A stretch of 63,066 nt of DNA, the filler included, from Reticulomyxa filosa (taxonomy: Eukaryota > Protista > Foraminifera), in assembly GCA_000512085.1 (NCBI GenBank). It is 15 parts of 15 records of this genome, joined end to end, with 100 filler letters (N's around TTAATTAATTAA, not from the genome) between each part and the next. Parts side by side here need not be neighbours in the genome. Positions count along the whole stretch, not along the records: positions 33,247 to 34,809 come from ASPP01025213.1; positions 34,910 to 39,291 come from ASPP01023230.1; positions 39,392 to 43,251 come from ASPP01029146.1; positions 43,352 to 46,955 come from ASPP01013034.1; positions 47,056 to 49,657 come from ASPP01026034.1; 10 more parts are not named here. The stretch is one strand, 5' to 3'. Shown here one piece after another: positions 34,781 to 48,640 of the stretch. Under the pieces are notes generated by a model, which was not told where the DNA came from, made no database searches, and worked only from the letters and a program-made list of their open reading frames with translations. Position 1 is the stretch's first letter, and each line of letters starts with the position of its first letter. The position numbers were made by a program, and so were the translations under genes.

Positions 34781-37329
34781 AATTATTTTCTTTTTTCTCT
34801 TTTTTACAANNNNNNNNNNNNNNNNNNNNNNNNNNNNNNNNNNNNNNNNNNNNTTAATTAATTAANNNNNNNNNNNNNNNNNNNNNNNNNNNNNNNNNNN
34901 NNNNNNNNNTCAATGAATATTCAACAACTTGTTGATATCTACGCTCCAATTCTCTGTGTATTTGTACACGAAGGTCTTGCCATACATATGGGACAGGAAA
35001 TGAAGTATGTGTTAAACATTCGCATATCAAAAACTTGATTTTGAGTAAATTGGATTTACTACTTTCAAAAAAGATTTTGAAGAAAGAAATACGCTTTTGT
35101 AAGTTTATATTTATGTCCAAAGACTCCAGGAAGCGGTACAACTATCTCTTGCGGTATTTTGCAATATTTTGGTGAACAACACATTGGTAAAGAGGTTATA
35201 ATCTTTGATATCGAAAATGAACTTAATAAAACATTTGTTCTCTTACAAGTTGTGATATTTTCCTTTCATTAATCAAAAATCCAGAATAAAGCATATTTTG
35301 GCTACTGAAGACTTTTCTTATTTTTATAAAAACTTTTATTTGGAGCAGAAAAAGATATCATTTTGTTAAATTATTTGAAGAAAAAGACGACCATTAGCAG
35401 AATTTTTTTTTTTCGTCAAACTAGAGGATAGTAGTGAGAAAGGGTTGTTAAAAAAAAAAAATTGAAATTCAATATTGACGATAATATCATTTTTTCTTGT
35501 ATGAATACAAATGCGAACCTGAGCAAAAGTGAATGGATTCAAATTGGCGACAAAGACAGGTAAGTGATTCAAATGAGACCTCCCCATGGAAAGTATCTTT
35601 CAGTGCCTAGTGGATCAGACGACAGGATAGCAGCAAGCAAGACTTTGAATGGCGGCTTATTTCCAGCCAATGTGTTACTATCACTGAGCGAGTGCGACAG
35701 TGGCAAAGCGTATGTATATGTGTATGTATGTGTATATGTACAAGTGTTGAACATTCTGCAAGATAGCATCGAAGAGCAGTTATACGGATGCTCGAGTTTC
35801 AGTAGAGTTTGTTCAATGAACTGTAAGCCAAGGCCTTGGGAAAGCTGAGACAAGAGATAAGCGAATCAAAAAAGAGCTGGAGGGCGAATCAACAAGTAAA
35901 ATCAATGATTTGACGCTGGCACAACGCGAACTGTCCATGGGGTGCGTCGTCGTTTGAAAGGCACTTATTGTTTGTCGGTCCGACGGTTGTAAACACAACT
36001 GTGCAGATAAACCAGGGCTACGTGTTCGACAAAGTGGCGCATCGACGAGCGAGATAGTACCATTGTCATTGCGATGAGTCGTCGTGTTGGCGGATGAGTT
36101 GATCGGACAAATCAGTATCACTGAAGTCGCCACCTTCTTTGGCCGAAAGGCTATAGAAAATGGGGACTCGGAATACAAAAAGCTCTACAAAAAATTCAAT
36201 GAAGAAAAGATTATTGTGATTGATGACTGACTGATGATTAGGGACGAGTAGAACCAGAACAAGGCCAAAAACAAGATCAGAACCATTTGATATTGGTGCC
36301 GAAAAAGCTCAATCCAAAAACGACAAAGACACCAAATTAGTGGACTCGCTTGCAGAGACTTCGACTTCATCTTCTTCGCTAGACTCTAGTTTTAATCTAA
36401 AAAAAAAACTAATCAATGTTTGACAATACTTTTTTTTGCGATGTTCATATCGTTAGAAATTATAGTTATGCAAATAACTATAATTTCTCAAAGACAACAA
36501 AAAATTTTTTTATTCAAAATAAAAACTGTATTGCATGAAAACTTAAAAAGGATAAGTAAAAGTATCGATATATTAACATAATATCTGCCTTAAGATCATA
36601 TATGGTCCTTCCCAAGATTTACATGATTGTGAAAACAATTATTTGCAACGAGATGTTGCTTAAATACTAGGTTTGATCATGTATGATTGTTGGACGGGAA
36701 TATCGCTTAACCTATTGTTAAGAAGTTTTTCATTCATTTTTTAAAAAAATAATCATATAAGAGCAAAATCAAATTCAGGATAACGAGTAACGAATGATTG
36801 ATACAAATGTTGTAAGACTGTCGTGAGTTCAAACAAATGAACTTGTCACTCAACAATTCGCTCAAGTTGTCGACATTAAGCACAAAACGAGTTGCGTATG
36901 TGTAATAGATTGGATCTATCGATGAAACAAAAACAAAAACAAAAATATTCTATAAAATAGATTATCAAGTAATTTTTACTCAATCATTAGATAATCAAAT
37001 CGTAAACAAAAAAATCAACATCCAAATTTAAAAAAGCATATGAAGGAAAAATCGAAGAAAAAAACTAAAAAAAAAATGTTATAATCTGATTTGCAAGCAT
37101 TCCAATAACAAAATGACAACAATTAAAGAAAGAAATTTTCTTTGTAAGAAAAAAATACCACAGTGCAGCTAAACTTGCATTGTGACATTATTTCGTAGAA
37201 ACAAGTCGTTAATAATGTTAATGTTACTGAGTATTTCCCGTATTCTCGAGAAGATTGTGCAATGTCCATCATCTTATCTATCATTTACCTTGTCCAATAT
37301 GTCATTTTGTAGATTTTCTATTAAGTCAA

Positions 37330-39291
37330 TCTTATTCTACACACACATAAGCATATTGACAAGGATATAAATGCAATGCACAAACTGGAGCGAATGAAGA
37401 TTAATAGGAGGCCGGGAGTGGCGGATGCGTGTCAATGCAGCCCATTTCGCTAATGGTTGTGCCACAATCTCGCTTCTGCTCTTTGTCGTCGTTATTTTCT
37501 TCTTCCTCTTCATTGTGGTTTCCTCGACATATCTGGTCTTCTTGGTTGGAGACAAGTGGTGGCTCTTGACTGAGCACAGGCGGATTTACAGCTCTTCTGC
37601 TGTTATTGTTATTATTATTGCTATTATTAGAAATATGATTATCATTGGCAGGAGTTTCTGCGATGGGATCACTGCCTTTGCCCAATTTCGGCGCGCCGTA
37701 TCCTGGCATATCTTGTTCGGCATGTTTGTACATTTTATTTTCATCTACACTTGCGGCGTTATCATTGTCATCGGCTTTTGCAGCGGGCTCTTCACGGACG
37801 TTGTGTGAAGAAGAAACAATATTCGAAGGAATAAAGACATTGATGTCGTCGTTGTCATTGTTGTTACCGTTGTCGTCGTCATGTTTACTACCGCTTGTTG
37901 ATGTATAGATGGCTGTGGTTGACGTGAGCCCTCCTTTCGTGACATTCATTTGCATGGCCAGATGGAACGCATACTGCTCAGATCGTTTGTCGTCCTGTTG
38001 TTTGGCTCGACTATCGTCTTTTGGTCGGGCATCTTTTGCTTGGGCGTGAACGCTGCTGGAACGGGCTTCACGACCACTGCCTTTGGCGACGACATCAATG
38101 GCTACTGTTGCTGCGAAAATATTACTTGCGGCTGCGCTGGCAGTGGCATTTGCATTGCTTGCATTTGTACGGGCATTGCGACAAACATCGGGGCAGAAGC
38201 TCGAGTTGGTGTATGTACACTGGCCTCGCTTTCAGACGCGACGGAAGATTGAAACTCTCGCTTGGAAGCCAAACGACCACTGCTGTTTGGATTGCCATTG
38301 ACTGCAATTGCAATTGAGACTACAACTGACGCAAGCTGCTGTTTCTACTCATTCCGATATTGGATGAACTGTCTTGGGACAGCCCTCCCTGCTGGGCCAG
38401 CGAGCGGGCACTAACATCATCACCGATCCCGGCTCGTTGTTCAATACTGCAAATGCCATTGCAGGCTGCTGTCCTTGTGGACGTGTCATCGGAGAGCCTG
38501 GCTCCGTCATCTCTTCCGCACCTTCTCGGTGTTCGTCGGACACATTTGTTTTCAAATCCACGCCATTGTCTTCGTTCGTTGCCCTCTCATTCTGCGTTTG
38601 CTTTATCTCCTCCACCAACCTCTGTTCGTTCTTCGTCCGTCCGTATTTCTTTTCGACACTTGCATCGCCTCCTCTTCTTTCACTGCGTCACTTTTACATA
38701 TCATATGTATACGTGTCACAGTATATTTAAGACGATGCACTTTAAAAGGCTGTGTTTGTGTGGTTTGATTGCTAAACACGACATCCGCGGGTTTACAGTT
38801 CTGGAACAGGCATTTCACAATCCATGGAATTATGGAAAAGCCAATAATAAAATATGCTTCTGGAATTGGCTATAAAGAGAGTTTGAATGTTTTAGTCAAG
38901 GGTATGTACATATATGTTTTTTTTTTGAAACAATAATATGTACATACAAAAAAAAACTTAGAGTATTTTCGATAAAAAGAATAAAAGGTAGTGGTAGTAG
39001 CAAACATGGTTAAGAGGAGCATAGCACACACAGCGACTCGTTTCTGATTGGAACGCAGATGAAAACAAAACGTGCCAACGACGACAACAACAACAAAACA
39101 AACAACTCGTATGATAATATACTTTACGACAAAACTCACCCTTGCATAAATATCATTACATACCCTCGAGGCAAAGTGCGTGCCGGACACATAGCAACAC
39201 ACTCCCAAGCAAAAGTGTTCTTGTGGACAATTCAAAAACAGCAATTTGCACCACTTGAGACAGAGATTGCTATTGCTGTCCAAAATGGACG
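37330..39291 (-). CDS. 3' part of a hypothetical membrane protein with long low-complexity (Q/P/N/E-rich) tail
   Basis: Minus-strand hydrophobic exon (AYFIIGFSIIPWIV) is followed by ORFs 38349-38618 and 37401-37955. Confidence 0.45.
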
Positions 39292-39391
39292 NNNNNNNNN
39301 NNNNNNNNNNNNNNNNNNNNNNNNNNNNNNNNNNNTTAATTAATTAANNNNNNNNNNNNNNNNNNNNNNNNNNNNNNNNNNNNNNNNNNNN

Positions 39392-39835
39392 AAGTGATAA
39401 AACTATTCGAATATGGGATATATCATCTGGAGAACTAATTCGATCATTGGAAGAACATTTAAGTACTGTTACTTCTGTTGATTTTTTTCCTGATGGTTCT
39501 AAAATTGTATCAGGATCATATGATAATCCATTCGAATATTGGATGTATCATCTGGAGAACAAATTAATTTGTTAAAAGGACGTTCAGATACTGTTCAGTC
39601 TGTTCGACATTCCAATGAGGACGACATAAAATTTTCTGTTGATCAGCCTAATTTTTCTGTCGATAAAAAACAAGAAGAATTACATTCAGAAAATAGAACT
39701 TTGTATTTATCGAATGACGATGTATTGGTGATGATGGTAAAGGTTTATCACTGAAAAACAGCATTTGGAAGGATGCAAAAGGTTTAACTATGTCCCAAAA
39801 GTTTGTTGTGGAACAGCGTGGCGGAACTTGCTAAA
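39392..39835 (+). pseudogene. 3' end of a WD40-repeat gene, frameshifted
   Basis: SDKTIRIWDISSGELIRSLEEHLSTVTSVDFFPDGSKIVSGSYDN, then a frameshift and stops. Confidence 0.75.
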
Positions 39836-40975
39836 CAAAATTTTTTTTGGAAAGTATATGCTTCAGCATTGTAAATTTTGATTTGTTTAGTCCATCAAGT
39901 AAGTACTTGCACTGGTTTTTTTTGCATCACATGAAAATATTCTTTTTGAATTGGAAAAAAAGAAATTTGAGAATAGTGTATTCAAACAAAAAAATTTTTT
40001 TTGTTTATTTAATTCTTTGCAGCATATTTTTCGACAAGTTTTTTTAGAATAGAAATAATCACACCAAGTTTTGATATATAGATATATGTATATTTTTTTT
40101 GTTCTTCTGTCAAAGGATTCATTTTATTTTTTAACACCATCTTACCAGAAATGATTATTTTTGTTTAAAAAATAAAAAAATTTCATATATTATTGTGCCT
40201 AAGTTTGCTATTTTTAATAAATGAAATACGTTAAAAATATGTGAAACTATCTGCAGCTTGGCAAGATGACGCGATGTCAAACATTAACTTTTTTACTAAG
40301 TCACCAGATTTAAATAAAATGTAAAGTTTTCCTTGCATTACAAAAACCTAAGAACAAAAATGACACTTGATAAACCTTTTTGAAATTTTTTAAAGCTCAA
40401 GTTTTTGCAATTCCTTGAAAATTTTAACTGTACGTTATCAATTCCCTTAATTTTGCGTAGTTAATGGCTTTTTGCCTCAAAACATAGACAAATTTGCGAT
40501 ATTCTCATTAATAAACACAAAAAGACATTAAAAAAATATTTTTGCATATTATCCATAAGTACAATAATCAAGCAAATTCACGCCAATGGATTGTATTCAA
40601 CGAATCTTTTAGATACACGATAAAGAACTTCAATTTGCTTGTTTTTTATAAAAAATGGAATAAGGTAACACAAGCCGCCTTATTTCAATTTTTTTTTTTT
40701 TGTTTCTAAATATAATATTTAAATTTTTTTATTTCGTGTATTCAGTGGATTAGATTTTATGCAAGCATTTGCTTCTTCGTTTGTATTTTCTTGTTATTGC
40801 TTTCATTTAAAGTTCAAGATAAGATTGGAGACCAAGTTGTTGAATTTAAATGAAGTTATTTTAGAGCATTAAAAATTGTGGAAAAATTATTTTATAGTGA
40901 CATACAATCGCAAAAATTTTCTCACTTAAAACAATATTCGAAAATACAAACGCAAAACAAAATGATTTTTACATT

Positions 40976-43251
40976 CTATTGTTTTAAACTATTTCTTTCC
41001 TTTTCTCTCTCAGCAATTTCTTGCTGAAATCTACGTATGATCGAATTAGTGTAATCTGACAATTTGGCCATTGTGTCATCATCAGCATCCATCCACATTA
41101 ATCTTGTCAAAGTTTCCACCATTTTATTAATAACGGATCTCTTTTGCATTTTTGTTTGAAATACAGTGTCAATTACAGGCAACATAACTTGAACAAATGT
41201 CTTTTTGATACTTCCATCCAAGTTTTCAAACAAATCAACGATAACTAACAATAATAGTTTTGTTTGAGACATATCCAATGATGAATAAGTAGTTGCTAGT
41301 AACCATTCACCCAAAGTTGCCAAAAATAAGTTGTTTCCACCTAACAGTTTAGCAATTTTTTTGGAAATTCTGGTTATTTCATTGAATGCAATCAGCAAAG
41401 ATGGAATATATTGAGCATATCGATTTGTTCGTAAGCATTTTGCACTTGCTTCACTATCACTGTCATCATCTTCATTTTCTTTATTCTCTTCAGGTTTGCC
41501 TCTATTCACAATTTTCAGATCCAACAATATTTCAGCAGTGTCAACAATCGAACCAACTTGATGATGTCCGTAGTATCGTGTCAATCTTTCTCTCATTCGA
41601 TGTTCCACAGGCAAGCCAAATACACTAATTAATTGAATTATATTATCTGATCGGCACAACACAAATTCCAGCAATTGTACCTTATCAACAACAAAAACAT
41701 ATATATATCTTACATTTCTTCAAAAAAAAAAAAAAAAAAAAAAGACGAAACATTGGAGCTATAATGCATCCATTCACTCAAACTCGTCAATCCGCTCATT
41801 TGAGTGAATACACTTTTGGACTTGGTCATGTCCAAGTAAAACTGTGCCATGTCATGTTTCTTAAGTTCGAGTAGCGTGAAGTCAGTGGCATTTTTGGTGA
41901 ATTTGCAAATTGTCAAAACCAGGTAATACATTGCTTTGTGATTTTCTTGGATAAATGTCTTCAATCTTGGAATAGCACCATTGACAGCAGCTTCTTCACA
42001 GGCACTTTTCGTACCTGCTTGTTGTTGAGGCACTAAGGTCATATAAAACAATACCATGATGACACATGTTTGAATATCGGGATCCTCGGAATTCAAAAAT
42101 GGATAGACGCTGGCAATGACACGATGATCCATCAACTGTTGTATTCCTTCTGCATTTCTGGACAACTTTACAATGCCTTTCAAAATTTTTATTAAAATGT
42201 GTTTGCGTGTTCCATGAGTCATTAAATCCTTTTCAAGCTGGGGTAGCGTCGACAACAATGCTATATAATATGTTTATTTTATTTATTTATTTATTTATTA
42301 AAAAAAAAAAAAATATTCCCCCCCCCCCTTTGCTATCAATTACGTATAATAACTGGACAATACTCCGTGGTGCTTCATTTCCTTGCCCTTCATTACTCGA
42401 TCGGTAATTTCAACCACTTTTAAAAAGATTTGTGCCATTTTCTCTCCGTATTCAATAGCTTTGGTGGAATCGGAAATGTCGTCATTGACAGTGTCACAGA
42501 ATCGGGCCATCAACGCAGGCAAGATTTCGGCCTTTGTAAAAAGACGTGCCAAGTCTTGCTTGTTATGTGACAGACTACAGAAGATCATAGAAATACAGTC
42601 CACGGCGCAGAAGATCAAAGGTTTGTTTTCTTTTGCGTATTTCTTTTTCAAAGCGCTGGCCAAAATATTCAAACCACCACTGGCAATAAACATTTTTCGT
42701 GAAAAAGCAAACGTGCTTCGTTTGTCACACAAACACGTTAAAAATGGAGATGCTGCATTGGCAATGTCTGGATTATCGCTATTCACCATCTCTCCCAAGG
42801 CTGGCACAAATTGTACCAAGCACAATGACTCTAAAAACTTTTTACCATTTTTGGTATCATTGATCAACAATGTGATTGTCCTTGCCACGCATTTGACCAC
42901 TTCGACATTACGAGATTGCAACAATTCCATGATTGGGATAACTGCAGTATTTATTAAATCATTCAACTATTTGACAAAACCATATACGTATACATAAACA
43001 TTATATACACCATTATGAAAATATTTAAATTAGGAATAATTATTTTATAAACAAAAAAAAAAAAAAACTAAGTCAGGTCGGGCTTTGAAAGATTTTTCAA
43101 TATCTTTAAATGCTTCTTGGACCTCTGCGACATTGATATTTTCCATATGTGCTCCACTGCTTTCAGTGATCAATTCGTCCAGTTTTTTCAAAGAATCATG
43201 GATGTTCTTTCCGCGTTGATACTCATCATCGCTATCATCTTCTTCCTCCTC
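40976..43251 (-). CDS. C-terminal ARM-repeat region of a Cdc7/SepH/MAP3K-epsilon-like septation kinase (kinase domain off contig)
   Basis: AVIPIMELLQSRNVEVVKCVARTITLLI....FLESLCLVQFVP resembles the conserved G.LPLMELL...V...VL..IN.II..N..F.EN.CLVG.IP segment; later ..EEAAVNGAIPRL.. and helical repeats. Confidence 0.65.
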
Positions 43252-43351
43252 NNNNNNNNNNNNNNNNNNNNNNNNNNNNNNNNNNNNNNNNNNNNTTAAT
43301 TAATTAANNNNNNNNNNNNNNNNNNNNNNNNNNNNNNNNNNNNNNNNNNNN

Positions 43352-43520
43352 TGTAGTATATGCCTATGTTAAATAATATTGAGTGTTTTTATTAGAATTT
43401 AAGAAAAGAAAGAACAAAAGAACTAACATAATTGACAAAAAATTTGTCAAAATCTTTAATCCATACTAATTTAATGTTTAATGTTCAAATCTAGTGATGA
43501 ATAATTAATTGAATATTTAT
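43352..43520 (-). pseudogene. 5' exon of a tandem paralog of the neighbouring WD40 gene, truncated by contig start
   Basis: Sequence parallels 45050-45245 (NIKLVWIKDFDKFFVNY versus NIKLGWINDFDKLVVNY), including the intron ends. Confidence 0.65.
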
Positions 43521-43974
43521 TCTTTTGACTGTTTCAATCATAAAGCAAAATGATAAAAACAATTAAGAAAAACCTAAAAAAACAACTTAGACGAAACTTT
43601 CATTACTAAGGTAAAGTATATTCTTTTTTCCTTGAGATGATCTTTGATGATGAAAAAGATACTCTTCAACTTTTTTTTAAGATCACGAAGGGTCAATAAA
43701 AAATTGAAATGAACTTCTTTTATTTAATAAATATAAACTTTGTAATGAGAAATAAGTGTTTCATTTTGTAAAATATTGAGATAATAAGATTTTTTTTGTT
43801 TTAATTTCTAAGGTTTGGTTTTATGTGTTAGTTTTCTTTTATATTGTAAAATTCGAAAGATTCAAAACAATAAAATGTACTTAATTATATTAATTGAAAA
43901 AAAAATTTACTGTATTTAATTTTCTTCAAAACAACATGTTAGTTCAACAATCTTTTTTTATTAGAAAGACAATA

Positions 43975-45336
43975 CTATCCCCAAATATGAATAGAACCCC
44001 TGTATGAGCCATAACATAAATTAATATCACAGTCAAGTTTATCATCGCCTTTCTTTTTTAATTGTATATATTTAAGACAAAGTATTCCACTATCTCCTTT
44101 CCTAATATATAATTCATTCTTATTTGATCGAATATCCCAAAAACGAATTGTATTATCCATTGATCCAGAACATATCACACCTGGACCAGCGACTTCACTA
44201 TTCTTTATTGCAAATGGTAAATATTCAACAGACCATATTTGGCTTATATGTCCTTTGAACACTTGAATTTGTTGACCAGATCGAGTATCCCACAAACGAA
44301 CACTTTTATCTCCTGATCCAGACAATATTGTATTTACACCACCAATAATTCCTAATCCATTTGATCCATATTTTACACGACCTATAAAATCACTATGTCC
44401 TTTAAACACAGTCAATTGTTTTGCTGTTTCAATATCCCATGTTCGAATGGTTTTATCACCTGATCCAGAACAAATATTATATCCATTGCCACCAATTAAA
44501 CCAATTTTATTACTTTTATTATCATCATTGTAGTAATTACTTTGTAGTGGTGAAAAATCAACACACCAAACGGCGTTTGTATGTCCATTGAAAACATGTA
44601 ATGATTTGGATGTCTCAACATCCCATAAACGAATAGTGGTGTCAAATGATCCAGAACACAAATATCTACATCCATTAAATGATGAAAATTCAATACCGCT
44701 AACACCACCAATATGTCCATTGAATAATTGTAATTCTTGATTATCTTTGAAATCCCAAAAACGAATTGTTTTGTCTTGTGATGAAGAGCAAATGACACTG
44801 CGATGATTGTTATGATAATGATATGAGGAAAATTTTACACAATTCACACAACCTGAATGCTTTTCGAATACTTGAATTTGTCTGTTTTTATCTATATTCC
44901 ATACGCTAACTTTTGTATCTTGTGATCCAGAACAAATAAATTGGATGTCATCAAATATTGCATAGTCAATGCCCAACAAAATTGTTGTGTCCGTGGAAAA
45001 TTGTGTGTGATTTAGGTATTGAAAGAAACTCGTCAAACATAAAAGCTATAGTTGCCTATGTTAAATTATAATATATAATAGATTTAAACATATTATTTAT
45101 TATTTGATGAAAAAAAATTTACAAAAAAAACTAACATAGTTGACAACAAGTTTGTCAAAGTCATTGATCCATCCTAATTTAATGTTAAACATTCGAATCC
45201 AATATGAAATAACAATTTGAATTCTTTCTTCTTCCGACTGTTCAACCACAAATTACACAATAAGCCTTTAAAGGATATGCGCAATAAAACTTACAAATAG
45301 TTTTGGAATCATTTTTTTACTGCTTTGATTGCCCAT
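43975..45336 (-). CDS. WD40-repeat protein of a lineage-expanded family; one apparent frameshift near 44975
   Basis: Repeated ICSGS.D.TIR.WD and F.GH motifs. 5' exons MGNQSSKKMIPKLF and SEEERIQIVISYWIRMFNIKLGWINDFDKLVVNY. Confidence 0.9.
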
Positions 45337-45700
45337 TTTTCAACCTTGATCTTCTCTTATATAATGATGTTAAAAAATTTAAAACTTTTTTCTACTCTGA
45401 AGGGGCTTGTCAGAAACATATTGAAAACAATTTCAATACTAGCCACACGTTACTTCTTACACAGCCATCGTTATTTGCCAAAATGCATACAGAATATCAA
45501 TTGTGCATTAAATCATTAAAAATTACACGTTTCGTCAAGTTAACTAAAGCTTTGAATTTGTTGTTGATATTTTTTCTTTTTTTTAAAAAAAAATAGCAGC
45601 TGAACAAAGACATATTGACAGTTGGAAAATGTGAGCACGACAGCAAGGGAACACAAAGTGTATATGATGTGGAAATAATCCTCGAACATCATTGATGATA

Positions 45701-46955
45701 ATGTCAGAAGCGAAATTTGACAATGATGATGATTTGTGTATCCGAACTATTCGCGTGTTGGCACCAGATATGGTGGAGCATGCCAACTCTGGCCATCCCG
45801 GGGCGCCAATGGGTTTGGCGCCGTTGGGGCACGTGTTGTGGACAAGATTTTTGAGGACGAACCCAAAGCACAGTAAATGGTTGAACCGTGATCGTTTCGT
45901 GATGTCGAATGGACACGCATGTGCACTGCAATATGTGTTATTGCACCTGAGTGGTTTCCAGTTGTCGATGGACGACCTGAAAAAGTTCCGTCAGCTGCAC
46001 AGCAGAACCCCCGGCCACCCGGAATTGGGCCTAACTGACGGTGTGGAAGTGACGTCAGGACCGTTGGGCCAAGGTTTTGGACAGGCGGTCGGCCTGGCAT
46101 GTGCAAGCAAGCACATGGCGGCCAGGTTCAATAAAAAGAACTACGACCTGTTCGACCACAAAGTATACGTAATCGTGGGCGATGGTTGTTTACAAGAAGG
46201 CGTCAGCAGCGAGGTGGCCTCGTTGGCAGGACATCTGCAGTTAAATAACCTGATCGCCATTTACGATGACAACAGCATCACCATTGACGGCAAGACATCG
46301 TTGAGCTTCAGTGAAGATGTGCCCAAGAGGTTTCAAGCCTACGGCTGGGAGACACATGTCGTGTCCGACGGAAACTGCGACATCGATGCCATTCAACACA
46401 CTTTGCGAAATGCTCAAACAGCTCAAAAACCGGTTTTGATTGTCGTTAAAACCAAAATTGGTATGTGCGTGTGTATGTGTTTTTTTTTTTCTCAAAATAA
46501 TAATAAAATGTTTTTTTTTTTTTAAAAAAAAAGTTGCGAAATTGCGATGATGTGCAATTAACTTATAAAAATAAAAAAACAATAACAAACAATAAATAAT
46601 AAAGGGTATGGGTCGTCAGTGGAGGACTCACGTCACGCTCATGGCTCGCCGTTAGGAAAAGAGGCGTTGGCGGATTACAAGCGAAAGAATGGATTCGATC
46701 CGAAACAATCGTTTGTGGTGGATGAGAAGGTGAGAAAGCGATATGAAAACACGATAGCAAAACGAGGAGAGAAGGCTGAGCGCGAGTGGAATGACTTGTT
46801 CGACAAGTACTGTCAAGAGTTCAAGACGGAAGGCGAGTTGTTGCGACGCATGGGACAAAGAAGACTGCCCGACGATTGGAAGAAAAAGCTGCCATCATTC
46901 AATGCCAAGTCATCGAGTGATGCTACAAGAAATATCAACGGTTCATTTTTTTTTT
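45701..46955 (+). CDS. tkt: Transketolase, N-terminal half (intron 46462-46603; truncated by contig end)
   Basis: ANSGHPGAPMG, RDRFVMSNGH, TPGHPE, GPLGQG, GDGCLQEG, KTKIG|YGS..HGSPLG. Confidence 0.97.
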
Positions 46956-47057
46956 NNNNNNNNNNNNNNNNNNNNNNNNNNNNNNNNNNNNNNNNNNNNT
47001 TAATTAATTAANNNNNNNNNNNNNNNNNNNNNNNNNNNNNNNNNNNNNNNNNNNNCC

Positions 47058-47243
47058 ATTGATGCTGGAACTATTTATATTAATAATTATCATTTATCTG
47101 ATCCGCAATTACCATTTGGTGGTTTTAAACAATCTGGAGTTGGTCGTGAATGGGGTAAAGAAGGGCTTATTTGTTACACTCAAACTAAATCTATTTTTAC
47201 AAATAATCCTATTATTCCAATTTCTTATCCACCTCATTTATAG
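47058..47243 (+). CDS. Aldehyde dehydrogenase C-terminus (missed by ORF track)
   Basis: IDAGTIYINNY..SDPQLPFGGFKQSGVGREWGKEGL..YTQTKSI, stop TAG at 47241-47243. Confidence 0.92.
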   Translation: MDAGTIYINNYHLSDPQLPFGGFKQSGVGREWGKEGLICYTQTKSIFTNNPIIPISYPPHL

Positions 47244-47711
47244 CTTATATAATCTTAATTGTCCTTTTATTCAATTGTTTTTATATTTTGAATTGTGACA
47301 TTTATACTTTCCACGAACATTTTGTTTCTTCTAAGATAACAAATTCGTAAATCCAAATCAAAGATTGCAGCATCATTCATACTTTATTTACATTCATAAC
47401 ATAATGTAATTGTTTCAATTTTTTTAAATCAAAAAATCTCAATTTTACAACTTTTCCTTTTATCATACAATTCAATAATTTGATCAAACTCTGAGTTATT
47501 CCTTTTTTGTTGTTGTTTTGATGTTCATAAAGTGACTTATTTACAACACTTTTATTATTAAATCACAATACATTCAAAAGTGATAACTTGAATAAATATA
47601 CTTTTTTTTATTCTTGAGATGGCATCAAATTGTTGAAGCGAGTTTCTTTCAACAATTTTGCATACACACTGTCACAATACTGTTATATATTGCTAGCAGC
47701 AATATCAACAA

Positions 47712-47785
47712 TGTGTGCGGTCGTGCAATGCAACATCTATATATAATGTAGCAGATATTTGGGTTCGAGTCCCACATCAGACTAT
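47712..47785 (+). pseudogene. tRNA-like relic (tRNA pseudogene or SINE head)
   Basis: T-arm/B-box TGGGTTCGAGTCCCA at ~47760-47774 with a degenerate A-box upstream. No clean cloverleaf. Confidence 0.35.
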
Positions 47786-48329
47786 AACTAAAAAAAATTT
47801 TTTATATACGTTGTTATGATTGTGCAAATGATCATAACGTGACTTCTGATTAAGATTATGTATGTGATTGCCAAAAGATTTAAAATAATGTGTTCAAGTG
47901 TTAAAATAAGTTAATGTATTGGTCAGCAAGCGCATTTGATTTTGTTGCATTTTTTTTTAGAAACTTCACTTTAAGATAATTTAATGACATAATGATCACA
48001 ATATTAGTGATATCAAGTAGTTTTTATAGTATGCATCATCAAATCGAACTAAACACTGTTGACGTCGTTGCCGAAGTGCAAATACTGTCTTTCCATTAAA
48101 AAATAATCTGGCAACTAAAATTTACAAAATTTTTCAAACGAACAGAAATTTATATTTTGTTTTTTCTTTCATATATTCACTTTTTTTAAAAAAGATTGTG
48201 ATAGTTAACTAATTTTTTGATCTTCCTTTTTCATCGTTTCAAATGTGGCGTGCTGTTCAAATGTTTTAAAAAGTATTTTTATTATAACATTTTTTTTTTG
48301 TGAATGGAATTGAGTGAAAACATAAACAT

Positions 48330-48640
48330 ACTTCCGATAATTATTATGTGATATATTTGCATGTTCGATTGATTTTTTTGCGTTAGTGTACGTACCTTTG
48401 TTTGGAGATGCATGTGCAATTTACGTTGAACAAATATCAAATTTTGTTCGAACATTTTTTCTCTTCGATACAATTGATACTATTGTTCTATATTCTTGAT
48501 GTAGCATATTCCACCAACAAATATATTCGTCGATCATAAACTGACAACACTATTTGCATCATCTTTGGAATGCTTCACTTTTCTGCGTATTTTTTGTTTG
48601 ATTGATTGCTTTTAAAAGTAGTACTATTCAAAAGACATAC
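48330..48640 (-). pseudogene. Highly decayed Aurora-like Ser/Thr kinase fragment
   Basis: Minus strand reads YDRRIYLLVEYA (compare Aurora YFYDRRRIYLILEYA), preceded by IRRKVK and interrupted by stops. Confidence 0.4.

Noticed and set aside
34910-36370. Coding-like stretches at the start of this contig
   Set aside because: Stops in all frames and no recognisable motif; probably decayed genes that cannot be assigned.
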